Positions 1-8,820 of a stretch of DNA of 58,040 bases are shown here, piece after piece; positions within the stretch are counted from its first letter, which is position 1; the number at the start of each line of letters is the position of its first letter. The notes below the pieces were generated by a model. That model ran no database searches, was not told the origin of the DNA, and saw only the letters and a list, made by a program, of their open reading frames with translations. Position numbers and translations under genes: made by a program. Source of the stretch: a bacterium. GTDB lineage: Bacteria > Auribacterota > UBA6266. The stretch is from positions 1 through 58,040 of the forward strand of contig JAQUNG010000001.1 in NCBI GenBank assembly GCA_028717725.1, in the 5' to 3' direction.

Positions 1-153
1 ATCCGGAGCACGCTGAAAGATCCCGGGAAACCCGCTGAAATGGGCCGGGAAGCAAGATTAACCGTGGAAAAAGACTATGGTCCTGATGTGCATTATAATA
101 AACTTATGGATATATACGAAGCCGCGGTGAACAAACATGGAAAAAAGAGTTAA
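1..153 (+). CDS. C-terminal end of a glycosyltransferase-like gene (partial; 5' end outside window)
   Basis: Frame 1 is open from nt 1 to TAA 151-153 (IRSTLKDPGKPAEMGREARLTVEKDYGPDVHYNKLMDIYEAAVNKHGKKS*). The tail resembles the C-terminal helix of GT-B/GT4 enzymes. It overlaps the next ATG (137) by 17 nt. It is absent from the ORF track because it has no start in the window. Confidence 0.4.
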   Translation: MRSTLKDPGKPAEMGREARLTVEKDYGPDVHYNKLMDIYEAAVNKHGKKS

Positions 154-1153
154 GTATCCCAGGGAAGCCTGCTTTATAGCGACTTACAGGTGTAATGCCG
201 GATGCCGTATGTGCGGCATATGGAAGAAAAAAGCCGATATTCCGAAAGAGATAAAACCCGAAGTGCTTGACAAGCTTCCCGAGGGATTTGACAGGATAAA
301 TATCAGCGGCGGCGAACCTTCTTTAAGAGATGACCTACCGGAGATCGTCGAAGTATTAAGGTCTAAATCTCGAAAAATCGATATCAGCACAAACGGCTAT
401 ATTACGGAAAAACTGGTTGAAGCCGGGCGAAAATTCCCCGATACGGCGTTCAGGATAAGCCTTGAAGGTATGCAGGAGCTCAATGACGATATGAGAGGAC
501 TCAAAGGCGGATTTAAAAAAGCCATGGAAAGCGTTAAGGCGCTGCGCTCGGCTGGTGTTAAAGACATAGGGTTAAGTATAGTCATCTCGGACAAAAATAA
601 AAACGACCTGTTAAAGCTGTATAGGATGGCGGTAGAAATGGATCTGGATTTAAGCAGTTCGGTCATACACAATTCTTTTTATTTCAATAAATTTGACAAT
701 AAAATCGAAAATGGCGAAAGCACTGTCATCGAGGTAAGGAAATTTATTGAAGAGCTTCTTAATTCTAAAAGGAAGAATATCCGCCTCAGGGTTAAAGACT
801 GGGGCCGGGCTTTTATCAACTATGGTATTGTTAGACATATCAAAGGGGAAAACCGTCCCATAATATGCGGGGCCGCGCGGGATTTCTTCTTTCTGGATCC
901 ATACGGAGATATTCTGGCGTGCAACGGAAGCGATGAGCCGTGGGTTCTAGGCAATATTGAAGATGAGACATTCGAACGTATCTGGTCCGGAGAAAAAGCC
1001 GCGGAAGCGCGGGAAAAAGTTTCACGATGTCTTAAAAAGTGCTGGATGGTGGGAAGCGCCCGGCCTGCAATGAAGGCTATGCCATGGATTCCCGTCTTCT
1101 GGATAATAAAAAACAAAATACGTCTTTTGACAGGCCGCGGTATTGTGCAGTGA
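137..1153 (+). CDS. Radical SAM enzyme with SPASM/twitch-like C-terminal Cys-rich domain
   Basis: N-terminal CxxxCxxC cluster motif (YRCNAGCRMCGIW) and a GGEPSL SAM-binding motif. C-terminal Cys pattern ICGAARDFFFLDPYGDILACNG...RCLKKCW. Confidence 0.85.
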   Translation: MEKRVKYPREACFIATYRCNAGCRMCGIWKKKADIPKEIKPEVLDKLPEGFDRINISGGEPSLRDDLPEIVEVLRSKSRKIDISTNGYITEKLVEAGRKFPDTAFRISLEGMQELNDDMRGLKGGFKKAMESVKALRSAGVKDIGLSIVISDKNKNDLLKLYRMAVEMDLDLSSSVIHNSFYFNKFDNKIENGESTVIEVRKFIEELLNSKRKNIRLRVKDWGRAFINYGIVRHIKGENRPIICGAARDFFFLDPYGDILACNGSDEPWVLGNIEDETFERIWSGEKAAEAREKVSRCLKKCWMVGSARPAMKAMPWIPVFWIIKNKIRLLTGRGIVQ

Positions 1154-2289
1154 AAAACGCTAAGACAGAAAAACATATCGCCGTTATAGGCATAAAAGGT
1201 TATCCCCCCAGAGCAGGTGTGGACTTTGTTGCCGATGAGATCATACAAAGCGCTCTGAAAAACGGCTTCAAAGTCACTGTTTACGGGAAGAGAAGCTGTC
1301 AGAACCGGGATTACAAAGAGGAAAACCTGAAAATAGTTTCAATCCGGGATATAAAAGGCAAACACCTCAGCGCTTTTTCGTACGGAGTTTTTTCCGCTCT
1401 GCACGCGCTTTTATTCGGCCGCTATGACCTTATTCATCTGCATTGCGCGGATTACGGCTATATTGTCCCCTTGCTCAGGTTAAGGTTCAGGGTATTGAGC
1501 ACATCTCACGGCGCGGAATATAAGCGCGATAAGTGGAATTTCCTTGCCAAAGCATTTTTCAGGGTTGTAGAGAGGCCTTTTATTAAATATTCCGATATCT
1601 GCACATGTGTTTCGAGAAAGCTGAGCGAATACTACAGGGAAAAATACAGAAAGAAAGTCTTATTCATTCCCAACAGGATAGATTTTGAAAGCATAGACCG
1701 CATAAAACCTCTCTTAAACGGCGCGAGGTGCGCCGCATACGGCCTGGAACCCGGTAAATATATTCTTTTTTGCGCCGGAAGAATAATACCGAGTAAAGGC
1801 TGTGATATACTGCTGAAAGCAGGAGAAAGAGCTCATATAGCCGAACCGATTGCGGTTATAGGAAATATCAAAGACAGGTACTACAAGAAATACCTGTCGA
1901 AATTGAAAAAGGAAAATACGGTTTTTATCAATGCTATCGACGACAGAAAAACATTATTCGATATAATCAGAAACTGCCGTTTTTTTGTATTTCCATCGAC
2001 TTACGAGGCGATGTCTATGATGCTGCTTGAAGCGGCTGCGCTGGGCAAGGGTATAGTTTGCAGCGATATTCCGGAGAATGTCGAGGCCATAGGGGAAAAC
2101 GCTTTATTTTTCAAATCGGGTTTTATTGATGATCTTGCGGAGAAACTGAAATACGCGCTGGAGCATCCCGGCATAATAGATGAACTCGGCAAGAGAGGAT
2201 ATGACTGGGTCAGAGAAAACAGGAACTGGGAAAAATTCGCGCTTACATATATAGACTTATATTGCGAGTTGATGTCGCAGGGGAAATGA
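1150..2289 (+). CDS. Glycosyltransferase family 4 (GT-B fold)
   Basis: E-x7-E motif (STYEAMSMMLLEAAALG) and GT4 layout. The ORF-track start (1039) lies inside the upstream gene. GTG 1150 overlaps the upstream TGA (GTGA) and sits just before the first beta-strand KHIAVIGIKG. The stop is certain; the start is inferred. Confidence 0.75.
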   Translation: MKNAKTEKHIAVIGIKGYPPRAGVDFVADEIIQSALKNGFKVTVYGKRSCQNRDYKEENLKIVSIRDIKGKHLSAFSYGVFSALHALLFGRYDLIHLHCADYGYIVPLLRLRFRVLSTSHGAEYKRDKWNFLAKAFFRVVERPFIKYSDICTCVSRKLSEYYREKYRKKVLFIPNRIDFESIDRIKPLLNGARCAAYGLEPGKYILFCAGRIIPSKGCDILLKAGERAHIAEPIAVIGNIKDRYYKKYLSKLKKENTVFINAIDDRKTLFDIIRNCRFFVFPSTYEAMSMMLLEAAALGKGIVCSDIPENVEAIGENALFFKSGFIDDLAEKLKYALEHPGIIDELGKRGYDWVRENRNWEKFALTYIDLYCELMSQGK

Positions 2290-2428
2290 AAAAACCCTGC
2301 TATTCCAAAATGTTTTTCGACATGTATGTCATGCGCTTGTTTTTTTGCACTACTAAATTACTCTGGAATATATAACGCAAATCTGATAAAATTCACCTCT
2401 TCAATACAGTTAATTAAATAACATACTT

Positions 2429-3763
2429 ATGATTGCGGTTTATAATATCATTTTTCATATAGGTTTTCTGTTTATGCTTCCCGTCTTCCTATTCAGGATG
2501 TTATATCTGAATAAGTACAGGGCGGGCATGCTCCAGAGGTTTGGGTTTTACCCGAAGGAGATAAGGCAAAAACTGAAAGAAGGCAGGAATATATGGATTC
2601 ACGGGGTATCTGTCGGTGAAGTCATTGCCGCTCAGCCACTTATAGCTCTTTTAAAATCAAAGTATCCCGGAAATAAATTTGTAATCAGCACAACTACGAA
2701 TACGGGAAATCAGGTCGCTCGCAAGTATGCGGGTGCCGCTGATATTGTGATATATTACCCTGTTGATTTTCCGTATTCCGTCAAAAAGGCCGTAAGGGCT
2801 GTTGATCCCGAATTATTTATTATGCTTGAAACCGAACTGTGGCCGAATATGATAAAGGCCCTGGGAAACGGCGGAGTGCCTATTTTTCTTGTTAATGGGA
2901 GAGTTTCCGATAATTCATATAATTGGTACAAAAAGGCGGTTCCTGTCCTCAGGATTGTTTTTAAATACATATCGGCTTTTATAATGCAGGCGAAACTTGA
3001 CGCCGAGAGAATAATCCGGCTGGGTGCCGATTCCGCGAAGGTGTCTTACGCGGGCAGTTTGAAATATGAGAGCGCCATAGGTGATGAACCTGACACGGAT
3101 GAAATAATAGAGTTGGCTTCCGAACTGGGTATTCAGGGAAACGACATCGTTATTATAGGCGGCAGCACCCATGAACGCGAGGAAGAAATGCTGATAAAAG
3201 CTTTTTCAAAAGTGAAAAAAAAGTGTATTTCCGCTAAATTAATTCTCGCGCCGAGGCATCCCGAGAGGTTTAACAAGGTTATTGCCGTCGTAAAAGAAAG
3301 CGGATTTATTTATTCGACAAGAAAAAAAATAAAGGCATTTAATTCGGAAGAGAAGCAAAAGAAAGAAATCATAGTCCTCGATACCATAGGAGAACTGAAA
3401 AAAGTGTATAATCTGGGAAACATCGTTTTTATAGGAAAGAGCATGTTCGGAAAGGGCGGGCAGAATATACTTGAGCCCGCGGCTGCCGGGAAAACCATAA
3501 TTACCGGGCCTCATATGGAAAATTTTCGGGATATTATGACGCAGTTTATAAACGCCAACGCCTGCGTTGTAGTGAACAGCGAAGTAGAATTTGAGGAAAA
3601 CCTGATATCTTTATGCAGGGATAAATCAAGGGCAAAAGAGCTCGGCAGAAGGGCTAAAAACCTTGTTATAGCCAATTGCGGAGCCGCGTCAAGAATAGCG
3701 GAAAAGGTAGAGAAAGCCGCTTTTCATCGGACTCAGGATGCGGGAGTCGGGTCCCGCAATTAA
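2429..3763 (+). CDS. waaA: 3-deoxy-D-manno-octulosonic acid (Kdo) transferase, GT30
   Basis: N-terminal membrane anchor, then the HGVSVGEV and ETELWPN motifs. Collinear with E. coli WaaA/KdtA as recalled. Confidence 0.9.
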   Translation: MIAVYNIIFHIGFLFMLPVFLFRMLYLNKYRAGMLQRFGFYPKEIRQKLKEGRNIWIHGVSVGEVIAAQPLIALLKSKYPGNKFVISTTTNTGNQVARKYAGAADIVIYYPVDFPYSVKKAVRAVDPELFIMLETELWPNMIKALGNGGVPIFLVNGRVSDNSYNWYKKAVPVLRIVFKYISAFIMQAKLDAERIIRLGADSAKVSYAGSLKYESAIGDEPDTDEIIELASELGIQGNDIVIIGGSTHEREEEMLIKAFSKVKKKCISAKLILAPRHPERFNKVIAVVKESGFIYSTRKKIKAFNSEEKQKKEIIVLDTIGELKKVYNLGNIVFIGKSMFGKGGQNILEPAAAGKTIITGPHMENFRDIMTQFINANACVVVNSEVEFEENLISLCRDKSRAKELGRRAKNLVIANCGAASRIAEKVEKAAFHRTQDAGVGSRN

Positions 3764-3832
3764 CGCTCATGGCAGGAAACGGGAGTAATTAAAAAGTTTT
3801 TTGTTTTGAAGATTGGAATTTTGAATTTTTGT

Positions 3833-3852
3833 CTGCCAATAGGCAGGTTTTT
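3833..3852 (+). terminator. Weak hairpin plus T-tract after waaA (possible intrinsic terminator)
   Basis: CTGCC-AATA-GGCAG followed by GTTTTT. The stem is only 5 bp (up to 7 with wobbles). Confidence 0.2.
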
Positions 3853-3904
3853 AAGATTTTGTATTTAGGATTTCGGGTTTGGATTTAAAACAAAGGAGTT
3901 AAAT

Positions 3905-4810
3905 ATGTTGTTTTCAAGCCTTATCAATAAAAAGCTCGTGAATCTCGATTTAAAGTCGTGTGATAAACAATCGGCCGTAAAGGAGATGGTGTTGCCGCTT
4001 AAAGAGTTCGGATATGATGATGATGTCGAAAACATAGTAAATATGGTTATGGAAAGAGAAAAGATAGCCCCGACTTACTTAGGAGAGGGAATAGCCATTC
4101 CGCACGCAAGAATAGACGGACTGAAAGATTTCTACATTATTATAGGAAGGTCGGCGGAAGGGATAGACTATAAGTCGGAAAAAGGCTTTAAAGTCAACCT
4201 GATATTCCTGATTTTGTCAGGGAAGACGAAAAATAAGATTATGCTGCAGACACTTGCGGCGGTGGCAAAACTGGTGAAAAACAAAGAGAACAGAGAAAAA
4301 ATACTGAAAGCCGGAGACCCTGCGGAACTTATAGAATTTATTGAGAACAGCGGAATTAAAGTTAAAGAAGCACTGACTAATTCTGATATAATGGAGCCCC
4401 CTCTGGTATTTTTTAATCCCGAAATGACGATTAAGGAAGCCGCCATAGTGTTTCTTAAAAATAATATGATGTGTGCCCCGGTTGTTGATGGGGATAATAT
4501 GCTGATAGGAGAAGTGCGCGAATCCGATATAGTGGAAATCGGGCTTCCGAAGTATATGAATCATCTGAGCAACCTGTCCTTTTTAAAGGATTTTGAGCCG
4601 TTCGAAGAGTTTTTTAAAAAGGAAGATATAATAAGGGTAAAAGATATTATCAGAAAAGATCCTCAGACTGTCGCTCCCGATACATCCATTGTCGAAGCGG
4701 CTTTTCTTCTGGTTAAGAAAAAAACGGAAAGAATTTTTGTCGTGAATAACGGTAAGCTTATAGGTTCTATCACGGCGAGGGACATTATCACAAAAGTACT
4801 GCAAATCTGA
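3905..4810 (+). CDS. PTS EIIA type-2 (PtsN/EIIA-Ntr-like) domain fused to a CBS-domain pair
   Basis: Phospho-His motif GEGIAIPHARIDG in the N-terminal half. The C-terminal half has a tandem CBS pattern (APVVDGDNMLIGEVRESDIV ... FVVNNGKLIGSITARDII). AAGGAG SD upstream. Confidence 0.75.
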   Translation: MLFSSLINKKLVNLDLKSCDKQSAVKEMVLPLKEFGYDDDVENIVNMVMEREKIAPTYLGEGIAIPHARIDGLKDFYIIIGRSAEGIDYKSEKGFKVNLIFLILSGKTKNKIMLQTLAAVAKLVKNKENREKILKAGDPAELIEFIENSGIKVKEALTNSDIMEPPLVFFNPEMTIKEAAIVFLKNNMMCAPVVDGDNMLIGEVRESDIVEIGLPKYMNHLSNLSFLKDFEPFEEFFKKEDIIRVKDIIRKDPQTVAPDTSIVEAAFLLVKKKTERIFVVNNGKLIGSITARDIITKVLQI

Positions 4811-4822
4811 GGAATAAAAATC

Positions 4823-6079
4823 ATGTTTTTTGCTCTGATTATTTTTTTCGTAGTTCTGTTCGCTGTCGCCACAGATAGGGGAGACAAGACGATTTCAGTC
4901 CTTGTAGGAGCTTCCCTTATGCTGGTTTTAAAAATCGTTCCCCAGGATATCGCGTTCAAATGGATTGATATGAACGTGATACTGCTGTTGATCAGCATGA
5001 TGATAATTGTGGGAGTGTTCGCGAAGACGGGAATATTCGAATGGATGGCTATAAAAGTCGCGAAATCCGCCAAGGGAAGACCGCTGGTTATAATATTGCT
5101 GCTTTCGGTTGTAACCGCCGTTCTCTCCGCTTTCCTGGATAATGTTACGACAGTCCTTCTTATAGCTCCCATTACATTCCTTATAAGCCAGCAGTTGGAT
5201 ATCAATCCCGTGCCTTTGCTTATCATTGAGGTAATGGCTTCGAACATAGGAGGCACGGCGACTCTCATAGGGGATCCTCCTAACATACTTATCGGCAGCG
5301 CCGCAAACCTGAGCTTCAACGATTTCCTGGCAAACCTTACGCCTGTTATCCTGATTGTCATGGCCGTTTTTATAGTGACGGTTATTTTTTTGATGCGCGA
5401 CAAACTGAGAGTTTCCAATGAAATAAGAGCGAGAATAATGGCTCTTGACGACAGCAGGGCTATAAGGGACAAGAAATTGCTGTTGAAATGTTTATTTGTG
5501 ATGATTTTGACTTTGTTGGCGTTTCTTATCCATGAAAAACTGGATATAGGGCCGGCTTCAGTCGCGCTCGCGGGAGCGACTCTGCTTATGATTATTGCGG
5601 GAGAAACAACGGAAGATTTCTTTAAATCGGTTGAATGGCCCACAATATTTTTTCTGATAGGACTTTTTATTATCGTTTCAGGCGTTATTCAAGTCGGGGC
5701 GGTTGGCATAGCGGCAAAGAAATCTGTTGAATTTACGGGAAAAAACTATGGCCTTACGACATTGATGATATTGTGGGTATCCGCGTTGTTTTCTTCGGTG
5801 ATAGGGAGTGTTTCCAATGCCGTTGCGCTGATTCCCGTTGTCAAAGATATAGGCGCGCATTTTTCCGATGTTCAGCCGCTTTGGTGGGCCCTTGCTTTGG
5901 GGGCTTGTCTCGGCGGGAACGGCACGATAATAGGGGCGCCCGCCAATATAATAATCGCCGGGCTTGCCAAAAAAAACGGGACACCCATACTTTTCAGGGA
6001 ATTTTTTAGATACGGCGTGATTTTTGTAATAGAATCGCTGGTTATCTGTACTTTATATGTTTATTGGAGATACCTGTAG
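4823..6079 (+). CDS. ArsB/NhaD-type (ion transporter superfamily, YbiR/SLC13-like) permease
   Basis: 418-aa polytopic membrane protein with FLDNVTT and IGDPPN motifs typical of this permease family. Substrate unknown. Confidence 0.75.
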   Translation: MFFALIIFFVVLFAVATDRGDKTISVLVGASLMLVLKIVPQDIAFKWIDMNVILLLISMMIIVGVFAKTGIFEWMAIKVAKSAKGRPLVIILLLSVVTAVLSAFLDNVTTVLLIAPITFLISQQLDINPVPLLIIEVMASNIGGTATLIGDPPNILIGSAANLSFNDFLANLTPVILIVMAVFIVTVIFLMRDKLRVSNEIRARIMALDDSRAIRDKKLLLKCLFVMILTLLAFLIHEKLDIGPASVALAGATLLMIIAGETTEDFFKSVEWPTIFFLIGLFIIVSGVIQVGAVGIAAKKSVEFTGKNYGLTTLMILWVSALFSSVIGSVSNAVALIPVVKDIGAHFSDVQPLWWALALGACLGGNGTIIGAPANIIIAGLAKKNGTPILFREFFRYGVIFVIESLVICTLYVYWRYL

Positions 6080-6087
6080 GTTTGATT

Positions 6088-6546
6088 ATGAGAATTGACG
6101 AGATTATCGGGAAAAATACGGTAATTTTAGATATGAAAGCATCAGACAGAGATGATGCCATAAGACAGTTATCCCGTGTAGTCGCGCCTGTGACCGGCGC
6201 CATAAATTCTGAAGAACTTGCGGCAGGGCTGATATTAAGGGAGGAAAAAGGCCCGTCAACGGCGACAAAAGGCGGTTTTGCCATAACCCACTGCAGGACT
6301 GACTTTGTGGACGGTATTTTCGGGGGTGCGGCAAGGCTGTCCAAGCCCGTTGATTTTCATGAGCCGGGAGGCAATCTGACAAGCCTTATGTTTCTTTTTG
6401 TCGATTCAAGGGAAAGGAATGAAGATTACCTTCGGCTTCTTTCCAGGATAACAAGGATTTTATCCAAAATAAAAGTCAGGGAAAGATTACTTTCGGCCAA
6501 AACCAACGGTGAATTTTTAAGCATTCTTGCGGAACACGATATTTAG
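6088..6546 (+). CDS. Stand-alone PTS EIIA type-2 (PtsN-like) domain protein
   Basis: GGFAITHCR motif with the His retained; about 150 aa, the EIIA size. ATG 6088 is preferred over ORF-track TTG 6064, which overlaps the permease stop. Confidence 0.6.
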   Translation: MRIDEIIGKNTVILDMKASDRDDAIRQLSRVVAPVTGAINSEELAAGLILREEKGPSTATKGGFAITHCRTDFVDGIFGGAARLSKPVDFHEPGGNLTSLMFLFVDSRERNEDYLRLLSRITRILSKIKVRERLLSAKTNGEFLSILAEHDI

Positions 6547-6557
6547 GAGTTAAGGGT

Positions 6558-7730
6558 ATGGTAGCATTGCTGATAAAAATAAGGGAATCGATTGAAAAAT
6601 ACGCCATATCCGTAATAACGGGCGAACGTGATGATTTCAGCGCGAGATGTTTTCTCAAGGTGTTAAGTTTCTTATCGAGGATTTTCGGTTTTGTCGTACA
6701 GATAAGGCTTTTTCTTTACAGACACAGGATATTCAGGAGGAAAACACTTGGGTGTATGGCAATCAGCATAGGGAATCTGACTGTTGGAGGAACCGGTAAA
6801 ACTCCGATAGTCGAAATGTTTGCCAAGTCCCTGGAAGGCGAAGGCAGAAAAGTGGCAATTCTTTCGAGGGGGTACAGAAGCGCGAGCAAGTCTGTCATAG
6901 TGAGGTTTGCGGATTTTATTTTTAAGAATAAAATGAAATATGAGCCGAAAATCGTTTCGGACGGCAGAACTATCCTTCTGGACTCCATACACGCGGGCGA
7001 TGAGCCTTATATGCTGGCTAAAAATGTTAAAAACGCTATAGTCCTTGTGGACAAGAACAGAGTGAAAGCGGGGGCTTTCGCCATCGAAAGATACGGGGTG
7101 GACACTCTTCTGCTGGATGATGGGTTCCAATATCTTCCTCTGGACAGGCGATATGATGTTGTTTTAATCGATGCGACTTCGCCTTTCGGCAATGAAAAAA
7201 TGCTTCCGCGGGGCGAATTGAGGGAAACGGTGAATAACCTTAAAAGGGCGAATATCGTTTTTATCACTAAAGCGGGAGGGAAGGACATTTCGATTTTAAA
7301 AAGTAAGATAAAGACAATAAATCCCAAAGCGGAAATCATTATCTGTGTGCATAAACCTTTATATTTTGAGGAAGTTTACAGCGGCAACAAGAAAGACATA
7401 AGTTTTATTGACTTAAAAAAAATTTCCACGTTATCTGCGATTGCCAAACCCAGAGGTTTTGAGTTTGCCCTGGAAGAAATCGGCGCCCAGATTGTTTCTT
7501 CCCATAGGTTTATGGACCATCACAGGTTTACCCAGCAGGAAATAATAGATGTGATTAATGATGCTATTGGCAAGGACGCGGAAGCTATAGTCACCACCGA
7601 AAAAGATTCCGTAAGATTTCCCTATGTTTCGGGAATTGATATGCCCGTTTATTTTTTAAGGGTCAGAATTGAGATTATAGAAGGGGCAAAAGATTTTAAT
7701 GATTGCGTATCTCGCATATGTTTCAGCTAA
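6558..7730 (+). CDS. lpxK: Tetraacyldisaccharide 4'-kinase
   Basis: Diagnostic P-loop GNLTVGGTGKTP followed by ILSRGY. N-terminal hydrophobic anchor. GGAG SD. Confidence 0.9.
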   Translation: MVALLIKIRESIEKYAISVITGERDDFSARCFLKVLSFLSRIFGFVVQIRLFLYRHRIFRRKTLGCMAISIGNLTVGGTGKTPIVEMFAKSLEGEGRKVAILSRGYRSASKSVIVRFADFIFKNKMKYEPKIVSDGRTILLDSIHAGDEPYMLAKNVKNAIVLVDKNRVKAGAFAIERYGVDTLLLDDGFQYLPLDRRYDVVLIDATSPFGNEKMLPRGELRETVNNLKRANIVFITKAGGKDISILKSKIKTINPKAEIIICVHKPLYFEEVYSGNKKDISFIDLKKISTLSAIAKPRGFEFALEEIGAQIVSSHRFMDHHRFTQQEIIDVINDAIGKDAEAIVTTEKDSVRFPYVSGIDMPVYFLRVRIEIIEGAKDFNDCVSRICFS

Positions 7731-8433
7731 AGCAAGCCTTTTTATATTAGGGGTTCTTCCCGAATGGATATCTTACCGGATAGGAAGACTCTTAGGCATT
7801 GCGGCTTACATTCTGGATGCAAGGCACAGAAAGGTCGCAGTTGAGAATGTAAAGAAGTCTTTCCCCATGATGAAAAGCAGGGAAGTTAAAAGAATTGCGC
7901 GCTCTTCATTTATGCATTTTGGAATGGTAGTAATTGATTATGGGAAAGTATTTGTTAAAGGACCGTTGTGGTTTTTGAAAAGGTCTGAAATAAGAGGTTC
8001 CGAATCGGTTATCGATTATATGAGAAAAAAGGAAAGAGGCGCGATAATATTGCTTGCTCATTTCGGAGTGTGGGAAGTCCTGGGTTCCATGTGTATTGTT
8101 GAAAATGTTGATATAAGCGTTATAGCAAAACCTCTAAAAAACAAATTTCTTGACAGTCTGATAAAAAGAATAAGAGAAAAATTCCCTCAGAAAGTTATTG
8201 ATAAAATGGATGCTGTTTCTGGCATAAACAATATGTTAAAGAAAAATAAAATAGTTGGAATACTTGCCGATCAGAGAGCGGGAGGCAGGGGTGTTTTTGT
8301 CGATTTTTTTAACCGTGAAGCTTCTACAGTTGCCACCCCTGCGGTTTTTGCAGTAAAGACCAATACAGCTCTGTTCCCCATTTTTTGGTATAAGAACGGG
8401 GAACAGCAGATTTCGTTTATATGTGAAAAATAA
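7699..8433 (+). pseudogene. lpxL: Lipid A late (lauroyl/myristoyl-type) acyltransferase, LpxL/HtrB family: N-terminal 244-codon fragment
   Basis: AHFGVWE (H-x4-E) and LADQ motifs of the Lip_A_acyltrans family. The frame ends at TAA 8431-8433 inside an A-rich run, about 55 codons before the family's conserved C-terminus. Confidence 0.7.
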
Positions 8434-8611
8434 AATTGAAGCTTCGGAATTTAGCGGTACATTTGATGAAAAAATATTCGGCATTACGCAAAAATATTCG
8501 AATATAGTGGAAAAAGAGGTAAGAAAATATCCCGAGCAGTATTTCTGGATGCATAGGAGGTGGAAGTCAAAGCCGAGAAAAGGCGCACTTACAGATAAAG
8601 GGAGACTTTAA
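8423..8611 (+). pseudogene. lpxL: C-terminal fragment of the same LpxL-family acyltransferase, in the +1 frame
   Basis: Encodes KYPEQYFWMHRRWKSKP, the conserved LpxL C-terminal motif (PEQY.W.HRR.K). It is only reachable by a 1-nt shift in GAAAAATAAAA (8425-8435). Confidence 0.65.
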
Positions 8612-8820
8612 GAAAAATGGCTAAAGAGAAATTGTTCCGGCGAGGAGGATTCAAGTGGCTATATTTAGTTTTAAATCCAAAATACGAATATCAAAATCCG
8701 AAAATAAAAAACAATGATAAATATTTTTCTATTTTGGAAATCAGGCTTTCAAATTTGTTTGGTATCTCGTGTTTGTGCCGGCTGTTTTTACACTTTCGAT
8801 TATTAAGAGGTGAATAAGAT

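Noticed and set aside
1039-1149. Long N-terminal extensions suggested by the ORF track (1039 for the GT4, 29508 for pseG, 50377 for the GT-C, 33026, 36844, 24082, 6064)
   Set aside because: The extensions overlap the conserved C-termini of upstream genes. Downstream in-frame starts give classic 1-4 nt stop/start overlaps or better SD spacing, and they match the expected N-termini of the families.
4663-5643. 326-aa minus-strand ORF, and similar long antisense ORFs at 25141-25818, 46710-47369, 39860-40450, 21283-21795, 26360-26848, 28278-28763 and 54296-54745
   Set aside because: Each lies wholly antisense to a + strand gene with clear family motifs. The products are low-complexity (Ser/Ile/Phe/Arg-rich) with no recognisable motif or SD. 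These are typical shadow ORFs.
8617-8817. 66-aa + strand ORF filling the gap before the heptosyltransferase gene
   Set aside because: It has no SD and an odd, low-complexity composition. It spans the AT-rich repeat-like spacer and the SD of the next gene, so it is more likely non-coding.
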